Of a stretch of 64,000 nt of DNA, positions 53,307 through 62,552 are shown one piece after another (position 1 is the stretch's first letter; each line of letters starts with the position of its first letter). The notes under the pieces were generated by a model that was not told the origin of the DNA, ran no database searches, and saw only the letters and a program-made list of their open reading frames with translations. Source of the DNA: Schizochytrium sp. TIO01 (Eukaryota; Protista; Bigyra: Labyrinthulomycetes); assembly GCA_004764695.1 (NCBI GenBank), contig SMSO01000007.1, forward strand, positions 2,115,270 to 2,179,269. Direction: 5' to 3'. The position numbers were made by a program, and so were the translations under genes.

Positions 53307-54148
53307 CTACAAAAGAATCCTAGCATCTCGATCACTGGAAGCGTCGCTGGCCAATCTGATTATGCAGAAAGCTCTTGGTAGAAAAAAATGTACCTTAGGA
53401 TTCGGAGTGGATCCATTATGGCCCACAACTAGCATGGTTGTGCACGCACGCTGATTACCTTGTGATCTGGCCACAGATACCAGAGGCCGGTTACCTGCGC
53501 CAACGAGACGCTCATGCGCAATGATCATGCAATAGTGCCAAGCTTCTAGCGTCCCGAATCAAAGCAATGAGAGGCCTTAAGTTGAAGTCTCTCCTACATG
53601 CTTACTTCTTTTTCTCACCGAATTCCAAAGTATCCACGAAGCTAGCTAGCTAGCTAGCAATTGTTTGTGGCTATTATCATCAAGTGCAAATGCCTCCACT
53701 GCCGTAACTGCGATGCTCGGTCCCTCGCCCCACCTCGCCCGACCTCTGCCACCGGTACACCGTTGAACCGAATAACAAAGTCTCCTTCGATAATGTAGGT
53801 AAAATGTGCTTCAAGTTGGTAAATCAGGAAACTCCAGTCAACAATAAAACTCCAATCTAATCTAATCCTGGCCTCCTCCTCGTGCCAAAACCACACAGCT
53901 GAAGCCTCCTTCGGTCCTCGCAACCAGGTGCTGCGAAATATCTCCAGCTCAGAGAAATGCTATAGGCGTCCTACGACACGTGAAGATCGTGAGCATCCCA
54001 ATCTTAAGTCCACGCTCAGGCTCTTCAAGTTCTCTTCGAAAGTCGATTTGGCTCCGCACACCTCTGTACTTGTAGATAGAGAGCACGGTAAGACCCAGGG
54101 CCAAAAGCAGTGCCGGTGCTACCAGACCTAGAGTAGTGCGTAGACCAT
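53307..54148 (-). pseudogene. Possible frameshifted type II membrane glycosyltransferase relic
   Basis: aaaaagATG at 54148; one base later the frame GLRTTLGLVAPALLLALGLTVLSIYKYRG...GLKIGMLTIFTCRR (signal anchor, stem, beta-strand), then in other frames HFTYIIEGDFVI and TMLVVGHNGST. Confidence 0.35.
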
Positions 54149-54829
54149 CTTTTTTAAAAAAGTCTTTTAGCTTTTAGCCTATACACCATGGGGTTACCGG
54201 GTACGTAGTCACGCTAAGAGTGGTGCTAGTCCCTTGGGCAGGTAACAGTGGCTAGAGGAAAAGTAACGCCCACACTTCTTTTTCCAGCATCTGAGTAAAA
54301 AAGAGCGAAGAGGAGGTGGAAACCAAACCCCGGCTGGCCTGGCTTTGGACGGACAGGAGCGGGCGGTGTCTTGGTCAGCGGCTGCAGTGGGCGACGAGGA
54401 GCAGTGGGCTTTCCCCGTATGCGCTCACTGCCTTGGAGACAGCCGCGAAGGAGTGCAATGGAGAGGGACGACGCGGGTCCCAAAACGAAAAGGAAATGAG
54501 AAAAAGGGGGAAAAGAAAGGAGGAAAAGGGAAAGAAAAAGGGAAAAAAGGGAAAAAGGCACAACTGTGGCGGGTCATTTCGGCACCTTAAACTTTGGCCA
54601 AAAGGTAGTAAGGACATCAGGGCTATGGAGGGATATTAAGGGGCATTTTGTGCAGACGGGCGAGCTCGCTCCAGTCGCTCCAGCTCGATGAATGGCGGCC
54701 CTCGGCGCAGACGCGCGGAGGCCTTGCGGCAGCTCCCTTGAACCGCCTAGGTGCAATTCGCCTCGCAGGGCAGCCGTGACAGCCATCTCCTCAACCACCA
54801 GCCCTGCGAGCTGGGCGGCAGCAGAGGCG

Positions 54830-55150
54830 CGGTTTGGTGATAGACGCGCTCTTTTCCATGGAGTACGAGCTTTATCAGGTGTGCACGTGCCAGATCAAAA
54901 TTATACAGTACACCCCATGGCACGCCGCGGCACGGTATTTGGATAGTATGAAGCGGCATCGAGAGGGGGCACGAGCCTACTAAAGGGTCAATGTGGGAGA
55001 CTAATACCGCGGCGCGGTGCACGCTCCGAACACAGCAGAATAGAAGAATCGGAAGTGGAGAATAGGATAGCGCATGGTAACTGGCGCTGTGCACAATAGA
55101 GCAAAGGAAGCGTAACTGAAGTATTCCGTCAGGCAAGTAGGGCCATCGTT
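54830..55150 (+). pseudogene. Possible decayed Gig2/PARP-like ADP-ribosyltransferase fragment
   Basis: RRALFHG...DQNY...RRGTVFG*, then in shifted frames ARAY*RVNVG, KW and DSAW, in the order of Gig2-type motifs. Confidence 0.3.
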
Positions 55151-56903
55151 CCATCCTGCTTCCGTGCTGTCTGTCTCGAGGAAAGTAGGTACAGCGCTTT
55201 CAGGCTGTGTGTGAGGGAGACATTGTAGTCGTTGTTATGTTGTTGTAAAGAGTTTTTGGAGTCAGCTGTCTATGTACCGCATAGTCTACGGGTTGTGTAT
55301 GTAAGTGAGTTATAGAGCACTATAAACAATTTGTGGCCGAATGATCTACTTGTAAGCGTGATATATCGCACTTTAATTAACTGAATAAACTGAAAAAATA
55401 GAATTGAAAAAATAGGGCCTAATTGAGTTAGTTATCAATGTTCCTTTCGATTTCTTTTTCATTTTCCTTTTAATTAAAACAAACTAATCAATAATAATAG
55501 GAATAACAATAGACTAATAATGATCGATTGATTGATTGATTAATTGATTGATTGAGAAGCGAGTGAGCGAGCAGTCACCACCGAGCAGGAGCCGCGGCCA
55601 GCGGTCTGCAGCGCACGCGGGAGTCGCGAGCGCCGCAGAGAACCCTGCGCGCACTCCACAATTGCCTCATCAAGGTCCTTGTGACCAGCAGTGTTAGCAA
55701 ACACTCGCTCGCCTCTTCGATCGGTGCATCGAGAAGGGATTCGATTATTGAATCAATTCTAAACGAAGAGAAGTCCTGCCCAGGCCTCGAAGGAGATTGG
55801 CCTGCGCAGCGACAGTGGCGGGGAACTACCCAGAGCTGTAAACAATTCCGGCATAGACTTGGCTGAGGGTATCAGAAAATCTGCAGGCAAAAAGCCCTGA
55901 CTTGCGAGAGGCCCAAAGCAGCGCGATCGCCGGCGTGAGCGAGGGATCTTAAGCCTCGACAAAAGAGAGAATTTTTCTTTTTTTGTTATTTTTTTGTTTC
56001 ACCAAGAAAAAAGAAAGCACAGAACACAATTTATTATATTGGTGCATCCTGAACACTCATCCGTTCTAGAGCTCATCCCTGCGTTTATTCACACGAACTC
56101 GTGCCTTCTTCGGAATCAAGAAGATCGACCGCACGCTGGTTGGTTAGTCTAGATCTCCTTGATTTACTGTAATTTGCTTCCTGGGCCCCCGGTTCGTCGG
56201 TCGTTCGTTCGTGTAGAGAACAAAGTCTCCTTTACCAAACTGTGCGCGCGCCTCGAAGAGAAAAGTCGTGAACGCAGTGGGAACACATTACATATATTGA
56301 ATAAACGGGTTAGGCAAGGAAAAGCGCAAATCCGAGAGGAGCTCGGCTCCTGCTAGAAGCGGAGTGGCGAAGACCTAATTAATTTCACTCTCAAGTTTAA
56401 CAACCCCAGTTTCCCTTCAGATTTGCGGTCTAATTAGAAATTAGAAGTAGTAGTGGTAGAAGCGCAACAAGACTGGTTGAAGAGCCTACATTTACTCCGT
56501 GTTGAAATTTGAAAAGATTCAAATTGATTGCATCACGCGTTCAAGTACCTTCCCGAGTTATACGTACTTTCCTGGCCCTCTTTCTTTACCTTCTTTTTAC
56601 TGCAAATATCAATAGTGTAGTGGTAGTAGTGGTATTTAGCTGTGCTCTTTTGGGGTTGGCAGATTTTTAGAACAGGCTAAACCTCTTGCCTTCTTTCGTT
56701 TGTTTGTGGACTCAATAGTATAAAGTGGGGCTGTGGGGGGTGGTAAATCGATATTATCTGGCCTTCGTCCAAGAGTCGTAATTCCTTTATTTTGCTGGAT
56801 TATTAATTAGGTCACTTCCCTTTTTGCATCAAAAAAATTGATACTTTGGCGCCCCCTCGCTCAGGATAGGACCCCGAGTGAACGAGAAAATAAACCCAAC
56901 ACG

Positions 56904-59900
56904 ATGAAGGAGCTCGAGGCCCTGCAGTTTTACCTGCCGGCCGTAGTGGCACAACACATTTCCGAATCAGAGCGCGACGCGAATGGTTTGTTCAGACCTT
57001 CCACACAGCACTTTGATGAGATTGTCTGCTTGTTTGCAGACATGAGCGGCTTCACATCACTCACAGAACGACTATGCAGTATGGGTCCTGACGGTCTCGA
57101 AGATCTTTCGGCAAATCTTAACAAATTTGTAACGCAGCTAGTCAAGACTGTGAGCAAAAGTGGAGGCGATGTGCTAAAATTTGCTGGAGACGCTGTCATG
57201 GCCCTCTGGCCTGAGATTGATCCAAATGATTACCAACTTCGCGTGCAACGTGCCGTTCAGTGTGCAATGGATATCCAGCTTCGTCTGGACAAGTTTGTAT
57301 TCAATGTTTACGAGAAAGACTTTGAATTTAGAGATATTGAGGCTCCCGCGGACAGTAAAGGCTCGAAAAAGGACGAATTTATTCTTCGTGCTAAGCTTGG
57401 GTTGGGCTCCGGAAAATTGAATATTATGCATCTAGGTGGACACGGAGACCTAATTCAGCGCGAGCGCCTAGAATATGTAGCCCTTGGCCCTGCTCTTATG
57501 GAGGCAATTGAGAGCGAAAACAATGCCAAACCAGGCGAAGTAGTCGTCAGTTCAGAAATCTGGAAAATGGTTGGCGACTATTTTATAATGGGGAAGAAGC
57601 TACCTACCAACCGGATCGTGGTCAAGGAATGGCGCCCAGAAAGCCGTGTCACATGGAAAACCTACGACCGGAGTATCCGTGGTGGGTCCGAAACGGAGCG
57701 TAAACTATGGAAGTATGTCCCTAATGCTGTAATGCCGTACCTACTCGAGACCAACGATGAGTTCTGGGCTCCTGAACTCCGCACAGTGACCACCCTTTTT
57801 TTCAACCTAGGCTTAGACATCCCAGAGCTCAGCAATGGCAAGAAGACAGACAAACTTGCTGATGTATTTTATGAAATTCAAGGTGTCGTTCTCTCCTACG
57901 AAGGTACGATTAACAAATTTCTTGTTGATGACAAAGGTGCCACTCTCATTGCTGTATTTGGCCTTCCTCCTTTCAGTCATGAAAATGATCCGCTGCGGGG
58001 GGTGTTGAGCGGCCTGAAGGTCCTTTATAGCCTTTACAAACATGATCTCCAAGGCGCAGTTGGCATCTCTACTGGACTTGCATTTTGCGGTATCATTGGA
58101 CATGCCACAGGTAACCGTCGAGAATACTCTGTCATTGGCGATTCTGTCAACTTAGCAGCACGCCTGATGCAAAAGGCTCGTGAGAAAAAGTGCAGTATTC
58201 TCATCGACCGCACTACCAAACAGCGTCTGCAGACTACTTCTCTTGATTTCATCTCAGGAACAATATCTGTGAAAGGCAAGCGTGACCCTGTGCAGTGCTA
58301 TCAGATCAGTTCTAAATCAGATCATAGCTACCGCTCTGTGCAGCTGGCACGTCTTGGTGAACTTGGGCAGTACAATGTCGTGATGCTCGGTAAAAACAAA
58401 CCCAAGAGCCGCCGCCGGGCTACGCGCACCGCCGTTTCAAACCCGAACGAAATGAAGGCTCTTGAGTTGGAGCAAGTGAAGGCCATGAACGACACAAGTC
58501 GCTTTTTCCAGCGCAAGCGTGCGGCCAAGGCTCGTCTGCAGGCTATCACAACTGCACATGACGCTGCTCTCATTACCGCAAATCAACACTTCCAAAGTGG
58601 TCACTCTAGATCCTCCTCTGACGCCATTTCAGATTTTGTTGATGTCGCGCCTGACGATGAAAGCAATGATGCAGAAGACGATGTTGCACTTGCACGCATC
58701 AAGTATCGACACAAGACCGATGAAGTTGAGACAACAATTGCTGTCTCAGAAAGCCGAATGAACACTATCCAGGACCTCACGAGTGCCGCAATAGCCAGTC
58801 TGATCAACAAAGGTTTTATTGAGTCCTCCGCAGATGATTCCGCTTACTATGATCTCCTGTGGGTTCGTGATGCAGAACGTGTGACACTCAAGCCAGATCG
58901 TTTACTTTCATCTCTTCCGTTTTCTAACATGGATGTCTTGACTATGATTTTGGTCCGCTTCGACACCCGCCGAGATATGCCGTCATTCAACACTCCTGAC
59001 CCGCATGGGGTTGAACACATTCGAGAACGTCTTGCTGCATTTCAGGAAGAGGTATTTGCTGGTAATGGTTCGCGTCTTGTGATTTTGGAGGGCGAACATG
59101 GTGTCGGTAAAACCTATCTTGTAGAGAACTTTTTTCTCAGTCGTGAGGGCTCCGCATATGACGAAGGCGAAGCAATCTTTGCCTACGCACGAGGTAACCC
59201 ATTCGAAGTAGGACGTCAAGCAAGGCCTTTTGCAATCTGGACACAACTGATGGAGGAACTTCTTGAACCTCCGAATGCAGTAGAGGCATCTAACACCACC
59301 CGGGAAATGTACATCACTGATGCGATCAAAACCGCCAGACGGATCTATGGCACGGAGGTTGTCCCCGAGGCCATGGATGGGCGTCTTCACCTGCTTAATC
59401 GCATTTTGAATACACGATTTCCTCGTCCCGGCGACGAAAGCCCTGTTACAGCAAACCCTGCACGACCTGATCCTCTACCCGTTACCCCCAAACAGACAAA
59501 GAAAAACCGCGGCATGACTAAGACAAAGAACATCCTTGGGGCTGATGGTAAAGTGACCCGCGTTAAAGCCTTGTCAGTATTATGGGGCTCTACTGACGAA
59601 AACTCTGGATCAACTCGCTCACACTCGGAGTCAGTCACCAGCCCTACACTTACTAGCAGTGCACCTGGTATTCTCAGTCGCCTCTCAAAACGCGCCTCAA
59701 TGTTGCAACGCCTCTCTCGTAGATCTGGAAGTGCAAGCAGCAGCATTGAAGCCTTTGTTGCAGATCCGGATGTTCGCTCTATTATCCGCATTCTTGCTGC
59801 AGTGTTGGGCGGTGTGGCTACACGCACGCCACTGACTATTGTAGTGGACGAAAGCCAGTACCTTGATACCTTTTCGCTTCTCGTCTTCCAAGAGCTTACC

Positions 59901-62081
59901 GAAAGCTGGAGTCGCTCAAACATGTTCATGATTCTGTTGCGCAGGCTTACTCGCATAGAGCGTTCTGTGCTTCTTCAAACTGACAATGCAACCTTGTATA
60001 ATGCTCACCAACGTGTGTCGATGTTCCGCCCGCCTCCCGTGAAAATGCATTCTACCCTCAAATCCCATTTACAGGCGCGCACCTCTCAGACAGATGAATT
60101 AGAGAGTTCATCCATGCTGCATGAACGCCTCAAGATGCTCGACGGAGTTATTCAACTCGAGCTCATATCTCGCCCTCGTAATACCTACGATATTGTTCGG
60201 AATTTCTCCAATGTCGAACGTGTTCCGACTGAACTGATTGAGTTTCTGGCCCAGAAAACAAAGGGAAACCCTCTCTACATTGTGGATGCCATTTCTCACT
60301 ATACTGACATTGGGCTGATCGTCAGGTCTTCTACACCCGAACCGAGTCTGGCATTTGCTGGCGATGAGTTTGATCGTTTGCTCAATATCCATCAAGTACC
60401 CATTCCCCTTTCAGTTGATGCAATAGTTGGTTCTCTCGTAGATAAAATGACACTTATTCAACAACTCATCATTAAGGTTGCAGTGATCATAGGTGATGTT
60501 TTCACACGTCAAATAATTAGAGAGATCTTTCCTGTAGCAACTATGGGCAAGGAGATGGTCAGTCATAACTTTGACGAGCTAGTTGCATCCGGTGTCATAG
60601 TATTTGAAAAGAGTGACCAGGGCCTCTTCGGTCAAACCCAAGACCCGGACACAATCCGTTATACCTTTGAGTCTGGCTGGATGGTCGAAATCATGCGTCA
60701 CCGCATGCTCAACAAACAAAAACTCAAGCTCAACACAAAGAAGAAGCGTTGGCAAAAACAGATTGACGAACAGCAAAAGCTTGATCACCTCCGGAAAGCT
60801 AAGGGTAAGCTTGAAATTGACCATAGTGGGTTTTTGCAAGTTCGCAAAGAGAACGCACGCAATATTATGAATCCTTGGAAACCCCGGTGGTGTCGTCTTC
60901 GTGGCCACGAGCTTATCCAGTTTCATGATCGCGATGAAACCAAGCGGCTTGAAGTAATTATTCTTGACCAGACTTCCGAAGTCTCCATAGACCCAATAGG
61001 ATTTTTTGGCATAGAATCCAAGTTATCTCCTGGAGCTGGTCCGCCCGCTTTGCACTGCTTTACGATCCGCACTAACCGTTGGGAGAAAAAGGGTAAGATT
61101 CGTGTCAATGCCCGTTCCTTTACACTGGGATGTGAGGATCCAGAAGATCGTGTACAGTGGGTTTTCAAGGTGCAATATCAGATTGATTTGCTAAAGATTC
61201 AAGCTCAGGACGATGATGTAGACAAGAAAGACCCTGCTGGTTCCATGCGTGATATTTATGGTCAGCCGTCAATTGTTAAATCGCATCGATTCTCCATGTC
61301 TTCCACCCCCGACGCAATCCATAGTCATGGATTAGACGAGGACGCTCCTCACCCACTTATTGCTCCAGAGCCTCCTGGTCGCTCAAGGGGGACCAAAGGA
61401 AGCATGTTGAAAACCGTTTTCGGATCTCGTAGCTCTGACACAAACAAAGGATTTCTCAAGCCTAAAAAGAAATCCGGTACCGAACTGAAGTCTAGTGTCC
61501 AATATGGATGTGACATTTGTCTCATGACCCCTGAAGCATTTGCAGAAATCTCAAAACCTGAAAACCTCATGCTCTTTTGGTCAGAGACTGACGGGCCTGG
61601 AAATTCTCGTCAGAGTGTGAAGCAAATTCCAATGCATTCTAGCGAAATGTACTATGAGTGCGCTGAAATGTCTCTGGTCTCATACAATTCCAACGGGGAG
61701 ATCGATGGCTACCTCATGGGTAAGCTTCGCACATACCGTCGGAATCAAGTCATTGGACTTGTCACTGCATGTGGGGTATTGCCTTGGGCTCGTCGGCTTG
61801 GCATCGGCCATAAGCTGTATGCTAAATTCTTTGCCTTGTGCCGTGGCAAAGGCTGTCGCTTTGTTCGCTGCAATGTTGAACGGGCGCAGCCTATTGCCAT
61901 ATCTTTCCACAGATCTTTGATGTTTGATGAAGATGAAGATCAGACCAATTTTCTTGCCCGTGCAGGTGACGATGGTAAGATTTGCTTTATTAAAGACCTC
62001 GATACATCTTCCAAAGATGAAGAGTTGGTTGAGTATGTCAACCCTCTACATGTGAAACGTACTTCGTCAACGTCATCGTGA
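56904..62081 (+). CDS. Soluble adenylyl cyclase (ADCY10/sAC)-like STAND protein with tandem class III cyclase domains, P-loop NTPase, PH and GNAT domains (~1725 aa)
   Basis: C1: CLFADMSGFT and DVLKFAGDA. C2: INKFLVDDKGAT and RREYSVIGDSVNLAARLM. Walker A GEHGVGKT (59091), Walker B IVVDESQYLD, STAND KGNPLY. PH: SGFLQVRKE..PWKPRWCRL...EDRVQWV. GNAT: GVLPWARRLGIGHKLY...AISFHRSL. The first ATG is at 56904 (the ORF-track start at 56838 is TTG). Confidence 0.93.
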   Translation: MKELEALQFYLPAVVAQHISESERDANGLFRPSTQHFDEIVCLFADMSGFTSLTERLCSMGPDGLEDLSANLNKFVTQLVKTVSKSGGDVLKFAGDAVMALWPEIDPNDYQLRVQRAVQCAMDIQLRLDKFVFNVYEKDFEFRDIEAPADSKGSKKDEFILRAKLGLGSGKLNIMHLGGHGDLIQRERLEYVALGPALMEAIESENNAKPGEVVVSSEIWKMVGDYFIMGKKLPTNRIVVKEWRPESRVTWKTYDRSIRGGSETERKLWKYVPNAVMPYLLETNDEFWAPELRTVTTLFFNLGLDIPELSNGKKTDKLADVFYEIQGVVLSYEGTINKFLVDDKGATLIAVFGLPPFSHENDPLRGVLSGLKVLYSLYKHDLQGAVGISTGLAFCGIIGHATGNRREYSVIGDSVNLAARLMQKAREKKCSILIDRTTKQRLQTTSLDFISGTISVKGKRDPVQCYQISSKSDHSYRSVQLARLGELGQYNVVMLGKNKPKSRRRATRTAVSNPNEMKALELEQVKAMNDTSRFFQRKRAAKARLQAITTAHDAALITANQHFQSGHSRSSSDAISDFVDVAPDDESNDAEDDVALARIKYRHKTDEVETTIAVSESRMNTIQDLTSAAIASLINKGFIESSADDSAYYDLLWVRDAERVTLKPDRLLSSLPFSNMDVLTMILVRFDTRRDMPSFNTPDPHGVEHIRERLAAFQEEVFAGNGSRLVILEGEHGVGKTYLVENFFLSREGSAYDEGEAIFAYARGNPFEVGRQARPFAIWTQLMEELLEPPNAVEASNTTREMYITDAIKTARRIYGTEVVPEAMDGRLHLLNRILNTRFPRPGDESPVTANPARPDPLPVTPKQTKKNRGMTKTKNILGADGKVTRVKALSVLWGSTDENSGSTRSHSESVTSPTLTSSAPGILSRLSKRASMLQRLSRRSGSASSSIEAFVADPDVRSIIRILAAVLGGVATRTPLTIVVDESQYLDTFSLLVFQELTESWSRSNMFMILLRRLTRIERSVLLQTDNATLYNAHQRVSMFRPPPVKMHSTLKSHLQARTSQTDELESSSMLHERLKMLDGVIQLELISRPRNTYDIVRNFSNVERVPTELIEFLAQKTKGNPLYIVDAISHYTDIGLIVRSSTPEPSLAFAGDEFDRLLNIHQVPIPLSVDAIVGSLVDKMTLIQQLIIKVAVIIGDVFTRQIIREIFPVATMGKEMVSHNFDELVASGVIVFEKSDQGLFGQTQDPDTIRYTFESGWMVEIMRHRMLNKQKLKLNTKKKRWQKQIDEQQKLDHLRKAKGKLEIDHSGFLQVRKENARNIMNPWKPRWCRLRGHELIQFHDRDETKRLEVIILDQTSEVSIDPIGFFGIESKLSPGAGPPALHCFTIRTNRWEKKGKIRVNARSFTLGCEDPEDRVQWVFKVQYQIDLLKIQAQDDDVDKKDPAGSMRDIYGQPSIVKSHRFSMSSTPDAIHSHGLDEDAPHPLIAPEPPGRSRGTKGSMLKTVFGSRSSDTNKGFLKPKKKSGTELKSSVQYGCDICLMTPEAFAEISKPENLMLFWSETDGPGNSRQSVKQIPMHSSEMYYECAEMSLVSYNSNGEIDGYLMGKLRTYRRNQVIGLVTACGVLPWARRLGIGHKLYAKFFALCRGKGCRFVRCNVERAQPIAISFHRSLMFDEDEDQTNFLARAGDDGKICFIKDLDTSSKDEELVEYVNPLHVKRTSSTSS

Positions 62082-62552
62082 CTACCAGATCGGCATCATC
62101 GCGAACAAGCGCGAGCCTGTTACATTTCTTAACTCTGAGCAGCATAACCTCTTACGTGCTCGCTCTTTCTTCTTTTCTTTTTTGAACCCTATGAACCTTT
62201 TATCTGGTACAATCTCGCACTTTATTCCGCCTCATTCATGATAAAACGTAGTCGTTAGACCTACTGTAAGTATGCGACTACAATCAAAAGACGTTTTTGG
62301 CATCTATGATGTGTGCTACTGAAAGCGTTAGGATTTTCTTTCTTTGTTGCTTTCTCCAGATTTCACTCGTTTTGTTCTACTTGTTGTTATTTCTGATCAA
62401 TGATGAAGAGATTTTATTGTTACATTTTACTAATTCCTCAACTTTTTTGGTATCAAAATTCGCTTATTGTATAAGTGTGGGAGCCTTCCTTCAGGTGCTA
62501 CTTGTTGACAAAAGAACATAGTTTCAGAATTCATTGGTTGTGTATGTCTAGT

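Noticed and set aside
56838-56903. N-terminal extension from the TTG start, and short antisense or alternate-frame ORFs inside the real genes
   Set aside because: Non-ATG start is unlikely in a eukaryote; nested ORFs are shadows of the main CDSs
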